Shown here piece by piece: positions 9,071 through 19,074 of a DNA stretch of 47,983 nt. The position numbers and the translations under genes were made by a program. The notes beneath the pieces are model-generated. The model was not told where the DNA came from. It saw only the letters and a program-made list of their open reading frames with translations, and ran no database searches. The DNA lies in assembly GCA_002315875.1 (NCBI GenBank), contig DCIL01000062.1, forward strand, positions 13,011 through 60,993, in the 5' to 3' direction. The stretch comes from Verrucomicrobia bacterium UBA1727. GTDB lineage: Bacteria; Verrucomicrobiota; Kiritimatiellia; RFP12; UBA1067. Every line of letters starts with the position of its first letter. Position 1 is the stretch's first letter.

Positions 9071-11305
9071 TCACTCGGACTTGACGACGATGCGTACGGA
9101 TGAGTAGACTCCTTCTTCGGAGGTGCAGGAAATCACGTGCGTACCGAGCGTCATATCGAACACAAATGGCGAGAGACCGCACGTCTCGCCTGTGACTACA
9201 CCGTCCACAAACCACCACAGGCGCGAACCATTCGGATTGCCAACAACCTGACAGACGATCTTCTGCTGCGGCATCCCCGACACGAAACAAAACACAGAAT
9301 CGTTCTCGGGCTTTGAGATGGCAAGTCTCTCAGCCTTGCCTATTAGTCCTGAAAACGCAGACAAATACGCATCGTTTCGTTCGACGAGCTTACCGCCAGC
9401 GTCGAGCGCGTGGACAGCGCACGGACGACTGGCGCTGTACCCCGCGATGTAGCGGCCGGTCTCCGTTTTCGGACAACACCCGTTCGCCAGCAATCCCGTG
9501 AGCGCGCAGACCGTCCGCTCGCGCACCTCGGACGGCTTCAAGAACCACGCCCCGCCGCCGGGCGGATTGAGCGATCTTACAATGCTCCATACGACGGGCG
9601 CCGCCGCCTTCGCACCGACGAGCGTCTTGTCGCCGAAGCCACCGAACTTGTGTCCGCACCACACGCCGACAACGTACTTGGGATTCCACGCCACCGTCCA
9701 GGCATCGCGGTATGCGCTCGACGTGCCCGTCTTCCACGCGAACTTCGGCAGCTTCACGTCGGCAATATGTCCGAACGCCACTGCACTGCGCTCCTCGCCC
9801 GAGAGCATGTCGGAGACGAGATACACGCTGCCCGCCGAGAAAATGCGATCACCCTTCTCCGACACACCGCCGCGTGCGAGCGTCGCGTACGCCGTCGCCA
9901 GTTCAAGAAGCGTCACCTCGACGTTGCCAATGGCCATGCCGAGCCCGAACGACTCATTCGGCTCCGTCATGTGCGCGAAGCCGAGTTCGCGCAGCGTCGT
10001 ACCGAAGGCGTCCACGCCGAGGCGCTTCAAGAGATGCACGAACGGGATGTTGAGTGAGAGTACGAGCGCATTCCGCGTCGTCACGAGGCCGCGGTGCTGC
10101 GCATCGAAGTTGGCGGGACAATAGCCGCGGAATGCCGTCGGAACATCGGCAAGTCGCTCCTCGGGTGTGACCAGTCCCCGATCCATCGCGAGCGCCGTCA
10201 GAAACGGCTTAAGCGTCGATCCGGCTGGACGCGGTGCGAGCGCGGTGTTGACCTGTCCGTTGACGTTGTCGAAATAATAGCCGCTACAGGCCATCGCCTG
10301 TACCGCGCCCGTGTCGACGCGCAACACGACGGCTGCAACAGAATAACCGCCCTCCTCCGCCGCCCGATTCACGGCGTTCTCCGCGATCACCTGCGCATCG
10401 GCATTGAGCGTAGTCACATAGTCGCCGCTCAGACGATCGGACGCGCTATCTTTCGCAAGTCGCCGCATCATCCAATCACAGAAGTACGGCGCCTTGAACG
10501 GACGCGGCGAGCGGCACACGACAGGCCGCACGCTCTCGGCAGCCGTCCTCTGCTCTTCGGTGATCATCCCGAGCGATTCCATCCGTCCGAGTACATAGTC
10601 GCGGCGCTTGAGCGCGCGTTCGTAGTTGCGGTCGGGACGGAAACGCGACGGCGCCTGCACCATTCCCGCGAGCAGCGCCGCTTCGCTAAGACCGAGGTCC
10701 TTCGCGCCCTTTCCGAACCAGCCGTGCGCCGCCGCTTCGATGCCGATGAGGTTCGATCCGTACGGTGCGCGGTTGAGGTACTGCGAGAGGATCCAGCGCT
10801 TGTCCTTCGCACGCTCCATCTTGAGCGCATAGACCGCCTCCTTGAACTTCCACCACAGCGTCTTCGGATGGGGACGAATGAGACGCACGGCCTGCATCGT
10901 GATGGTGGACGCGCCAGAAATGCGGCGACGGTAGAAAACGTTCTGACACGCCGCGCGGAGCACCGAGAGGGGGCGGACGCCGCAATGCGTCCAGAACGTA
11001 CCGTCCTCGGACGCGACGAGAGCCTTCACGATCCAGTCGTCCGGATCCGCCACGTAGTAGGGACGGCAATCGACATCGCCCTCGCCGAGCGAGACGCGCA
11101 GCACCTCGCCCGCGTCATCGCGCAGGACAAGGCCGCCCGGATAGACGTTCGATCCGACGTCCGACCAGTCAAGGACGAACCACGACGCGGCCAGGAGCAC
11201 GGAGAGCGTGCAGAGCAGGATCGTACATCCCCTCCACGCTCGCGCCCGGCAGAACGAACTCACCTGCCGAAACCACTCGGACCGGATAGAAGATGCGTGC
11301 TGCAT
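9071..11305 (-). CDS. pbpC: Penicillin-binding protein 1C (glycosyltransferase plus transpeptidase).
   Basis: GT51 motifs EDGTFWTHCGV and GASTITMQ are present, along with RKxxE-like KFKEAVYALKME. The transpeptidase part carries a STLKP-type motif (GSTLKPF) and KTGTS. A PBP1C-type C-terminal domain follows. The gene sits directly after an alpha-2-macroglobulin gene. Confidence 0.85.
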   Translation of the reverse strand: MQHASSIRSEWFRQVSSFCRARAWRGCTILLCTLSVLLAASWFVLDWSDVGSNVYPGGLVLRDDAGEVLRVSLGEGDVDCRPYYVADPDDWIVKALVASEDGTFWTHCGVRPLSVLRAACQNVFYRRRISGASTITMQAVRLIRPHPKTLWWKFKEAVYALKMERAKDKRWILSQYLNRAPYGSNLIGIEAAAHGWFGKGAKDLGLSEAALLAGMVQAPSRFRPDRNYERALKRRDYVLGRMESLGMITEEQRTAAESVRPVVCRSPRPFKAPYFCDWMMRRLAKDSASDRLSGDYVTTLNADAQVIAENAVNRAAEEGGYSVAAVVLRVDTGAVQAMACSGYYFDNVNGQVNTALAPRPAGSTLKPFLTALAMDRGLVTPEERLADVPTAFRGYCPANFDAQHRGLVTTRNALVLSLNIPFVHLLKRLGVDAFGTTLRELGFAHMTEPNESFGLGMAIGNVEVTLLELATAYATLARGGVSEKGDRIFSAGSVYLVSDMLSGEERSAVAFGHIADVKLPKFAWKTGTSSAYRDAWTVAWNPKYVVGVWCGHKFGGFGDKTLVGAKAAAPVVWSIVRSLNPPGGGAWFLKPSEVRERTVCALTGLLANGCCPKTETGRYIAGYSASRPCAVHALDAGGKLVERNDAYLSAFSGLIGKAERLAISKPENDSVFCFVSGMPQQKIVCQVVGNPNGSRLWWFVDGVVTGETCGLSPFVFDMTLGTHVISCTSEEGVYSSVRIVVKSE

Positions 11306-14300
11306 GTCCTGCCTCCAGCTTGAACTTCTTTGAGAAAATCAGCATACGGTCGTCCCGCGCGTCCATGCGCATCACCCAGTCGTCGATGACCGGCACGGAC
11401 GATGCGACGGACACCGCTTCCGGATCCAGCTCACGATGAACAGAATCAAACGCGCCCGCGAACAGATCCTCGATGACGAGATCGTTCATCACCCGCGAGA
11501 CCGCCGAAGTCACCGTCAGCTCCGCGATCAGCAACTGGCCGCAACGCAGGCCAGCGAGATTGGCGAGCTTGGCGTCCACAGTCCGGAAGGTACGTTCGAT
11601 AAAGATGCCGTTTGACTCGTCCTTCACCTCCCCGAGCTTCGGCAGCGTCAGCTTGCGCCACGCGACGAACTTCTCGCCTTTCTTCGGCGGATTCGCCTGA
11701 TAGTACGCACCCATCGCGAGGAGAGCGTGCGCGTTCTCTTCCGTCGTGCCCCAGCTGTTCTTCGCCCGATCGCGCTTTGCGTTCAGCCACATGAGGAGCG
11801 GCAGGATCTTCGCGTCCTTCGGATCGACCGCCGTCCGCGCCATCGCGACGAACGCCGCTTCCTTGATGGACTGCGGTTCATGGACGTCAGCAAGCAGCGT
11901 CCGTGCCCGCGGCAGATCGTCCGCCACCGCGAACGCCAGCGCGAGCCGCGAGCGCGCGAGCGCCGAAAGCTTCGCGCGATCGTCGTAGAGTCGGAACATC
12001 CGATCCTTCTCGGGCTCACCCGCGATGGCCAGCACGAGCGCCGCGTACGCGGATACGTTCGCGTCCTTACCATCCACCCATTTGTTCAGAAACTTCATCA
12101 CCTGACGCTTCGCGACGGCGTTGACCCTCGCGCCCGACTTCTCCGCCGCGACGAGGAAGTGCGCAGCGTAGAGCGACACCTCGCGATTCCATGGCGCTTC
12201 GCCGCAATCCGGCCACATGACAAAGTCCCTCTCACGGATCATCGACTCGACGCGCCTGACGCCGACAGCCACCGCGTCAGGTGCATTCGTGACGACGGCA
12301 TTGAGAATGCCGCCCGCGGCAATCAGCGGGAAAACGCGCGAGCACGTCTGTTCGAGGCACCCGTGACGATACTCGGCGAGCCAACGGAGCGCGGCCTCAT
12401 ACTCGCCAAGCGGCGAATCAAAAATGCGCTCTGAATAACGCTCGTAAGAATTCGTGGACATCCCCTCCTTTTTCTGATGATGAGAGGACTTCGCGTCCGC
12501 GGCCTCCACCCCCGCAGTCTCGACCCACGCTACGGCCGGACGCACCGGGAGCGCAATCGTCTGCTCATGCCGTTCGCCGAAACCCTCAGCGACATAGACG
12601 ATACTGAAGTCGCCTGGCGCGGACGGCGCGATGAGCCGCACGATGAGATTCGTCGAGGCATCCTTCGTGAGCATGAAGCGGAAGGTCTGGTCGTTGATCT
12701 TCGCCTTCACCTCGCCTGCCGCGCCGCTTCGGTTGTGCAGGGGCAGCGTCACGTCAAACCGATCATCGGGCGCAACGAATCGCGGCGCGTCCGGTTGCGC
12801 GACGAGCCTGGGCGTGATCTTCTGCTGCGCGGACGCCGCACCGGTTGCCCTGGACGAATACGCGACCGCCGTCACACGCACTTCGCCCACGAACTCGGGC
12901 AGGGTGAACAACGCCTCGGCGCGACCATCCTTCACCGGCACAACCTGCCACCGCGCGAGCGGCTTGAAGCGGCGCGTCCCGACGGGACTCACACGTCCAA
13001 GCATTTCCGCGCCACAATCACCGCCCGTCTTGATGCCGTTAGCCTTCAGCGCCGCACCATCGACAGGCAGGATCTTCCCGTAAAGGTCGAAAAGAGGATG
13101 CTCCGCAGTGCGAACGCGAGCGAAGGCGTTAATCGGATCGGGCGTCGGTTCACCCGTCAAAAGGTTGATGCCCTCGTCCACCAGCGTCACAACGACCGAG
13201 GCCGCTCCCGGTGCAGCGACCGCTGCCCGAACCTCGCGCGTGCCGATGACCTTCGTCGTGACCTTCACGGGCATCTCGTACTCCGCCGGCTTCACGCGCA
13301 CCGTGGTCTGTCCGTGGGCACGGACGGCAAGGTGCTTCGCGTTCTCCATGACGCTCTGCACGACAGAAATGTAGACGTCAAGATTCGGCGCATCCTCACG
13401 GCTCACGGGCCTGAGCACGACCTCGCTCGTCGCGTTCGTCAGTTTGAGGATTTCGGTGTAACGTTCCTTCTCGCGCAGCACGCTCAACATCGCGAAACCC
13501 GTGAACGGCGACTTAATGACGAGACGAGGCGCCTCGCCTACGCGGTACGCCGCCTTGTCGGGACGAAGCGTCACCTCGGTCGGATTCGCGAGCGGCGCAC
13601 GCACGGTCTCGTCGCCCCACGCGCTGAGGTAGAAGGTGCGCGCGTACGACACACCAGTCGCAGAGTCGGACACGGTCAGCACGTAATCGCCGCATTCGCT
13701 CACGGGGAGCGCAACTTCGGTATCCGCATCTGTCCGCGTCTCAAACTCAATGTCGTCGGCCGCGAGCGAGCGGATACGCTCGCAGTCCCACGTGTTCCAA
13801 CCGTTCTCGCCGCGTCGATAGGAGTAGACGGAATCAATACGCTCGAGCTTCAACGTCAGCTTCTTCGATGTCCCCACACGCTTGCCATCCTGCGTCACGC
13901 ACGCAAGCGCGACCTTCGGCGTGCCATTCTCGGGCCGACGCACCCAGCCCGTCAGCGTCGAACCGATGTAGTACGGATAGTAATGCAAGAGCGCAGACGC
14001 ACGCGACGTCGCGGGCCGCCCGCCGTCCTCGAAGACGATGCCCTGACCAGTCGCGCGCACCATCGCCTTCGGGCGTCCCGAGTCCGCCCAGATCGGTGCG
14101 GTGAAACGCACCTTGCCCGCCGCATCGAGCGTCTCCTCGCCAAGCTCGCGGAAACACGGCTTGAGTCCGAGATCGTCGTTGCCGAAATGATAACCCTTCC
14201 ACGCCTCGGGCGCAAACGCGACGTCCTCAAAGACGACCGCGCCTTCGCACGCGAGCGTCGCGGCGGGTCCGCCGAAGAGATGTTCGGCTGAGACGGCGAA

Positions 14301-15980
14301 GGCGAAGTTCGTCGGATGGACGCCCTCGCAAGCCTTGACCTTGACACGGATCTGCGGCGGCGCGAACTCCTCGATCTTCACTTCGCGCTCGGCCAGCACA
14401 GCGCCGTCCCTGCCGGGCAGTTTCGCGCGGATCCGCCACTTGCCGCTCGGCTGGTCGGCGGGGACGGAAAAGCCCTCGTAAGCAAGTGCGCCCAGACGAT
14501 CGGGGAGCGCGGTCTTCTCGACGAAGACATTGCCCTTCGGATTGACGAGCTGGAGCGTGACGGGGAACGGCTTCGGCGCGTTCATCTCGCCGTCGCGCAG
14601 GATGAGGTGGAAGAAGATCTTCTCGTCGTGGCGGTAGATGCCGCGTTCGGTCCACGCGAAGCCCGTACACTCTTTCGCCATCAGGAATACCGGACGCCTG
14701 CCATCCCCGTACGTCTCGTCGATGCGCATCCGATCGCGGATCGCCAAGAAGGTTCTGTCCGTACCGTCCGCCGCCGTCACGATGACCGCGAACGGCTGTC
14801 CCTTCTGCACCCACGCCGGTACGCACCAGCCGTTGGCGTCAGTAAGCCCCTCAAGCACTTTCACATTCGCGCTCGAGAACACCTCGACCTTCGCCTTCGG
14901 GACGGGACGTCCGTTCGTCAGCGACGTCACCCACACGCCCAGGCCGTTCGCGTTCGTGCGCACGGACAGCCCAAGGTCCGACACGCAGACGAGCCGATAC
15001 TTTGGTGCATTGCAGTTCTGGCACCAGTAGTGATGTGACTCCTTGCAGAAGTCATGTCCGCCTTCGCCGATAGCCATCAGGAAGATGCCGTTCTTAGGTC
15101 CGCCGTCATCCGCCGCGACAGACATCCACGCCGTCTCCTTCTTGTTGAGCTTGTTCACACACGATACGCGGTGCGTCGTCACCTCGCCCGACAGCTCGAT
15201 CGTATCCCTCGAGTCGCCGCCTCTGCCGTGATAGTGCTCGTATATGTCCTCCTCTCGCGCCAGCATTTGGACGACGTTCCTCGGCTCGACACGTCGCACC
15301 TCAGTCCGCACACTCGCGATGTTGACGCTCTCGACACCAATCGTCCGCTCCCCACACGGCGGCAGATAGCGTCCGTCCGCCGCGAACGAGACATGCGGCC
15401 TGAGATCCTTACGCCGGAACGTGTAGATGAAGTCCTGCGCGAGCGAACCCTCCGCCTGCGGATTCGCACCCTTGCCGTAGAGCGAGAGTCCCCTGCGGAC
15501 TCGAAGCGTCACGTTCGTGTTGTGTGCGAAGTCGCCTGTAACAACGAGCGACGGTTCGTAGCAACCTTTCGCACGGTTGTAGTTCGCCTCATACGACACG
15601 CCGACAAAGCCCTCGTTCAGCGGCTCGACATTGACATGGCGGCGGATTCCGTTCATGTCGGGACGCTCAGACAGTACAACGCGCAGCTCCGTCTCGCCGG
15701 CATAGTTGACACCGCAGACCTTGAGCTCGGCTTTCTTGACGGCATTGGTCGCCTGCGTCTTCACCGCCACATCGACCGAACGTATCTTCTGCGGCGGCGT
15801 TACAACCGGCGACGTTACTACAGGTTGCGGACACGACACGATCTGCACACCGTGTTCGCGCTCATACGCTCGAACCTTCTGATAAAGCCACCCGAAGCCG
15901 GCCAACGATCCCGCGGCCACCGCCACAGCGACCACGACAAGCACAAAAAGTATTTTCCTGTTCATGACAATAATGGACAT
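11169..15980 (-). CDS. Bacterial alpha-2-macroglobulin family protein (YfhM/ECAM-like) with a thioester motif.
   Basis: The protein is about 1600 aa and carries the thioester signature GCLEQ (in YRHGCLEQTCSRVF). It has an N-terminal hydrophobic anchor, MNRKILFVLVVVAVAVAAGSLAG. The start is ATG 15980 (1-nt TGATG overlap with mutM) or ATG 15965. The track start at 16052 lies inside mutM. Confidence 0.85.
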   Translation of the reverse strand: MSIIVMNRKILFVLVVVAVAVAAGSLAGFGWLYQKVRAYEREHGVQIVSCPQPVVTSPVVTPPQKIRSVDVAVKTQATNAVKKAELKVCGVNYAGETELRVVLSERPDMNGIRRHVNVEPLNEGFVGVSYEANYNRAKGCYEPSLVVTGDFAHNTNVTLRVRRGLSLYGKGANPQAEGSLAQDFIYTFRRKDLRPHVSFAADGRYLPPCGERTIGVESVNIASVRTEVRRVEPRNVVQMLAREEDIYEHYHGRGGDSRDTIELSGEVTTHRVSCVNKLNKKETAWMSVAADDGGPKNGIFLMAIGEGGHDFCKESHHYWCQNCNAPKYRLVCVSDLGLSVRTNANGLGVWVTSLTNGRPVPKAKVEVFSSANVKVLEGLTDANGWCVPAWVQKGQPFAVIVTAADGTDRTFLAIRDRMRIDETYGDGRRPVFLMAKECTGFAWTERGIYRHDEKIFFHLILRDGEMNAPKPFPVTLQLVNPKGNVFVEKTALPDRLGALAYEGFSVPADQPSGKWRIRAKLPGRDGAVLAEREVKIEEFAPPQIRVKVKACEGVHPTNFAFAVSAEHLFGGPAATLACEGAVVFEDVAFAPEAWKGYHFGNDDLGLKPCFRELGEETLDAAGKVRFTAPIWADSGRPKAMVRATGQGIVFEDGGRPATSRASALLHYYPYYIGSTLTGWVRRPENGTPKVALACVTQDGKRVGTSKKLTLKLERIDSVYSYRRGENGWNTWDCERIRSLAADDIEFETRTDADTEVALPVSECGDYVLTVSDSATGVSYARTFYLSAWGDETVRAPLANPTEVTLRPDKAAYRVGEAPRLVIKSPFTGFAMLSVLREKERYTEILKLTNATSEVVLRPVSREDAPNLDVYISVVQSVMENAKHLAVRAHGQTTVRVKPAEYEMPVKVTTKVIGTREVRAAVAAPGAASVVVTLVDEGINLLTGEPTPDPINAFARVRTAEHPLFDLYGKILPVDGAALKANGIKTGGDCGAEMLGRVSPVGTRRFKPLARWQVVPVKDGRAEALFTLPEFVGEVRVTAVAYSSRATGAASAQQKITPRLVAQPDAPRFVAPDDRFDVTLPLHNRSGAAGEVKAKINDQTFRFMLTKDASTNLIVRLIAPSAPGDFSIVYVAEGFGERHEQTIALPVRPAVAWVETAGVEAADAKSSHHQKKEGMSTNSYERYSERIFDSPLGEYEAALRWLAEYRHGCLEQTCSRVFPLIAAGGILNAVVTNAPDAVAVGVRRVESMIRERDFVMWPDCGEAPWNREVSLYAAHFLVAAEKSGARVNAVAKRQVMKFLNKWVDGKDANVSAYAALVLAIAGEPEKDRMFRLYDDRAKLSALARSRLALAFAVADDLPRARTLLADVHEPQSIKEAAFVAMARTAVDPKDAKILPLLMWLNAKRDRAKNSWGTTEENAHALLAMGAYYQANPPKKGEKFVAWRKLTLPKLGEVKDESNGIFIERTFRTVDAKLANLAGLRCGQLLIAELTVTSAVSRVMNDLVIEDLFAGAFDSVHRELDPEAVSVASSVPVIDDWVMRMDARDDRMLIFSKKFKLEAGHAARIFYPVRVVSAGEFVLPGASVEGMYDPALHALRAPGRVVVRP

Positions 15981-16795
15981 CAGTGTTGACAAGTGGGACA
16001 GTACCAGCTGGTACGACCGCCGAGAACAACCTTGGCGATCTTCGTACCGCACACCGGACAGTTCTCCTGTCCGTACATCTTAAGCTTCTGCGCGAACTTC
16101 CCCTCGCTGCCGTCCACATTACGATAGTCACTGACCGTAGTGCCGCCCCATTTGATCGCGAGTTTGAGAATGCGCTTTGCATGGCGCACAATGAGTTTGC
16201 ATTCGTCGAGGGTGAGTTTTGCCGCGGGCCGGAGCGGCGAGACCTTGGACGCAAAAAGCGTTTCGGCGGCATAGATGTTGCCGATGCCGGTCACGACCGC
16301 GTTATCCATGATGAATTCCTTGACCGGCTTCTTCCGTCCGCGACTCTTCTCGAAAAGGAACTCGCCAGTGAACTTGGGCGAAAGCGGTTCCACGCCGATG
16401 CCGGCGAGACATTCCGGCCATCCGTCGGGACCGAGGGACTGCACCTCCATGAATCCGAAGCGCCGCGGATCCTCGAATTTGAGCGCCTTGCCGTCATCAA
16501 GCGTAATCACCGCGTGCTCATGCTTGCGGCGCGGCAGTTTCGCATCCTCAACGCGCACCACTCCGCTCATGCCGAAATGCATGGTGAGCGCACGTCCGTC
16601 GTCGAGATCGGCTACCGCGTATCGTGCGCGACGACGACAACCGACGAAGGAATGCCCCACCAGTCCCGCGGTCTTGAGCGGCTCGAGCGATGTCCGCAGT
16701 TTCGGAAAGAACACCTCAACCTTCTTGATCTTCCGTTTCTTGAGCGCACGGTCAAGCGCACGCGTGATCGATTCCGCCTCTGGAAGTTCCGGCAT
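15980..16795 (-). CDS. mutM: Formamidopyrimidine-DNA glycosylase.
   Basis: It has the MPELPEAE N-terminus and a C-terminal zinc finger, CPVCG...WYCPTCQ. The ATG at 16795 shares its A with the alr stop (TGATG). Confidence 0.9.
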   Translation of the reverse strand: MPELPEAESITRALDRALKKRKIKKVEVFFPKLRTSLEPLKTAGLVGHSFVGCRRRARYAVADLDDGRALTMHFGMSGVVRVEDAKLPRRKHEHAVITLDDGKALKFEDPRRFGFMEVQSLGPDGWPECLAGIGVEPLSPKFTGEFLFEKSRGRKKPVKEFIMDNAVVTGIGNIYAAETLFASKVSPLRPAAKLTLDECKLIVRHAKRILKLAIKWGGTTVSDYRNVDGSEGKFAQKLKMYGQENCPVCGTKIAKVVLGGRTSWYCPTCQH

Positions 16796-17946
16796 CAGCG
16801 GCCTCCCTTGAATACGCGGCGGACACGATTGCCGAGCGAACAGATGATGTCGTAAGCGTGCGTACCCTTGAGCGCGGCCCAATCGTCGGGCGTGATGGAA
16901 TACTTGCCACTGCGACCGAAGCATATCACCTCGTCACCCGGTTTGACACCGCGAACCGAAGACACGTCCACAGTTGCGTAGTCCATCGAAATGCGACCGA
17001 CGACAGGACAGAGCCTTCCGCCGATCAGCACCTTGCCGCGGTTTGTAAGCGCGAGCGGCAGCCCGTCTGCATATCCGGCCGAGATCGTGGCGATTCGCGT
17101 CTTCTCGCGAAGGCACCAGGTGCGTCCATAGCCAAGGGTCTTGCCGGCAGGCAGTTCGCGGACCTGCGCGACGCGGGTCTTGAGCGTGAGCACGGGCTCG
17201 ACCTTGAGCGCCTTGCGTCCATTGGGATCGAAACTGCCGTGCAGGTTAATGCCGGTACGGACCATCGTGAACGGACTCTTCGCGCATTCCGGAAAATTGT
17301 TGATGGCGTCCGAAGCGGCAATGTGAATCTTGGAGAACGCAATGCCCGCAGATTTCGCCGCGGACACGACCTTCTTGAATAGTCCGATCTGGTGCCGAGT
17401 GAACGGATCGTTCGGATCGTACGCCATCGGAAAATGCGAGAAGACGCCTTCGCACTCGAGTGCAGGAAGCGCCTTCACCGCCAGCATCGTCTTCACCGCT
17501 TCGGCAACCGCTTCCTCAGAGTCGGCGAGAATTCCGAGTCGTCCCATTCCGGTATCGAGTTTGAAATGAACCTTCGCGGACTTCCTCGCCTTCACGGCCG
17601 CGGCACTTATGAGCTGCGCGGCCTCGAGATCGACTACCGGCAGCACAACGCCAACGCGCACCATCGGCTCGATTTCGTCCGGAAGAACAGACGACAGGAT
17701 CTGCACATGTACGCCATTCGCCTTCGTCCCGAGTTCTGCCATGAGCTCGATCGCCTCATGCGGCTCGGCCACTCCGAAGGCACGGCATCCGGCGCCATAA
17801 AGCGCCTTGGCATAAGGTCCGACGCCGAGTCCGTAGGCATTGGCCTTGAGCACGCAAAGCACCTGGGCGGGCTTCACTCTTGCGGCAATGCGGCGATAGT
17901 TCTTAACCAGCGTATCAAGATCGATCTCGACCCATACGCGACTCAT
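16795..17946 (-). CDS. alr: Alanine racemase.
   Basis: The sequence MSRVWVEIDL...VLKANAYGLG contains the PLP-lysine motif. The track start at 17961 is a GTG that overlaps the GH53 stop. The ATG at 17946 gives the canonical N-terminus. Confidence 0.88.
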   Translation of the reverse strand: MSRVWVEIDLDTLVKNYRRIAARVKPAQVLCVLKANAYGLGVGPYAKALYGAGCRAFGVAEPHEAIELMAELGTKANGVHVQILSSVLPDEIEPMVRVGVVLPVVDLEAAQLISAAAVKARKSAKVHFKLDTGMGRLGILADSEEAVAEAVKTMLAVKALPALECEGVFSHFPMAYDPNDPFTRHQIGLFKKVVSAAKSAGIAFSKIHIAASDAINNFPECAKSPFTMVRTGINLHGSFDPNGRKALKVEPVLTLKTRVAQVRELPAGKTLGYGRTWCLREKTRIATISAGYADGLPLALTNRGKVLIGGRLCPVVGRISMDYATVDVSSVRGVKPGDEVICFGRSGKYSITPDDWAALKGTHAYDIICSLGNRVRRVFKGGR

Positions 17947-17957
17947 CAATTCATTCT

Positions 17958-19052
17958 TCACTCCATACCCTCCACAAATCCGTCCATAATCGGGGTGGGA
18001 CGTCCCTTGTCATCGAAAGCGCCGAGTTTGTAATGATCCGCGGCATTACACTGCGGCTCCCAATAGAAAACGCCGCGGCAACGCGGCAGTTCGCGAGTGC
18101 GACGGATGACCTGCGCGAGACGACTGCGTCCTTCTTCATACTTCTCGGGAACGCACTCGAAGCCGGTCTCCACGACCATCGTATCGCAGTTCCAGCGTTC
18201 GGAGATATGGCGCAGCGTCTCGATGCACTCGTCAATCGTCTTCTGTCCGTCCTTGTTGCGATGGCGCTGGTGGTAGGGATATAGCGAGATGCCGACCATA
18301 TCCCACTTGGCTCCGTAGCGAGCGAGCAGCTCGAGATTGTAGTCAACGAAGGGAATGTTGCAGCCGTCCGCATGGTGGACGATCACGATTGCCTCGGGGT
18401 AGACGCGCTTGACCGCGTCATAGCCCGCGGCAAAGCACGCGGCGTAGTTGTCGGGATGATCATAGAGATCGGCAAAAGCATCCTTCTCCATCTCTGGCGC
18501 GACGATATACGGCTTGTGTTTGATCCAGTTGTACTTCTTTTCCTTATTGCGCTTGGGCGTCCAGAGCATACCGTGCGAGGTCTCGTTGCCGACCTGCACC
18601 CAGCGCACATCGACTCCGTCGGCCTTCAGCTTCATGAGAACGTCTTCGGTGTGCTTCGCAAGCGCGGCTACGACCTGGTCGCGGTTGAGTCCACGCCATG
18701 CTGCAGGCATCTTCTGCTTTCCGGGATCGGCCCACCAGTCGCTGTAATGGAAGTCGATCATGATGTCGTGTCCGGCGGCCTGCGCGCGCTTCGCCTTGAC
18801 GAGCAGGTCGTCCGCATTACACCAGTTGCCGTGTTCGCGCGGATCCACCCAGACGCGCAGGCGAATGCCTGAAAGTCCATAGTCGCGCAGGAGCTCAAAG
18901 CAGTCCCGAGGATTGCCGGAGACATCGCACATCGGCTTACCTTCCTTCTCCATCTGGGTGATCCAGCTGATGTCCGCGCCCGTGGTGTAGTCCCGCTGGC
19001 TCGCGCAGCCGCAGGCAATCGCCAGCAGCAAACCCATTGATACAGTCCTCAT
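17958..19052 (-). CDS. Arabinogalactan endo-beta-1,4-galactanase (GH53), probable lipoprotein.
   Basis: The sequence GADISW...IRLRVWVDP...MIDFHYSDWWADPGKQ..PAAW...VQVGNE is typical of GH53. The signal peptide MRTVSMGLLLAIACGC has a lipobox. The ATG at 19052 is preceded by AAGGAGAAAAAG. The track start at 19067 is a TTG. Confidence 0.8.
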   Translation of the reverse strand: MRTVSMGLLLAIACGCASQRDYTTGADISWITQMEKEGKPMCDVSGNPRDCFELLRDYGLSGIRLRVWVDPREHGNWCNADDLLVKAKRAQAAGHDIMIDFHYSDWWADPGKQKMPAAWRGLNRDQVVAALAKHTEDVLMKLKADGVDVRWVQVGNETSHGMLWTPKRNKEKKYNWIKHKPYIVAPEMEKDAFADLYDHPDNYAACFAAGYDAVKRVYPEAIVIVHHADGCNIPFVDYNLELLARYGAKWDMVGISLYPYHQRHRNKDGQKTIDECIETLRHISERWNCDTMVVETGFECVPEKYEEGRSRLAQVIRRTRELPRCRGVFYWEPQCNAADHYKLGAFDDKGRPTPIMDGFVEGME

Positions 19053-19074
19053 CTTTTTCTCCTTCAAGGATGGA

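Noticed and set aside
11169-16052. Treating the alpha-2-macroglobulin / PBP1C pair as a novel system.
   Set aside because: This pairing is a known, widely conserved arrangement (yfhM-pbpC type). Only the overlap and operon context are reported as findings.
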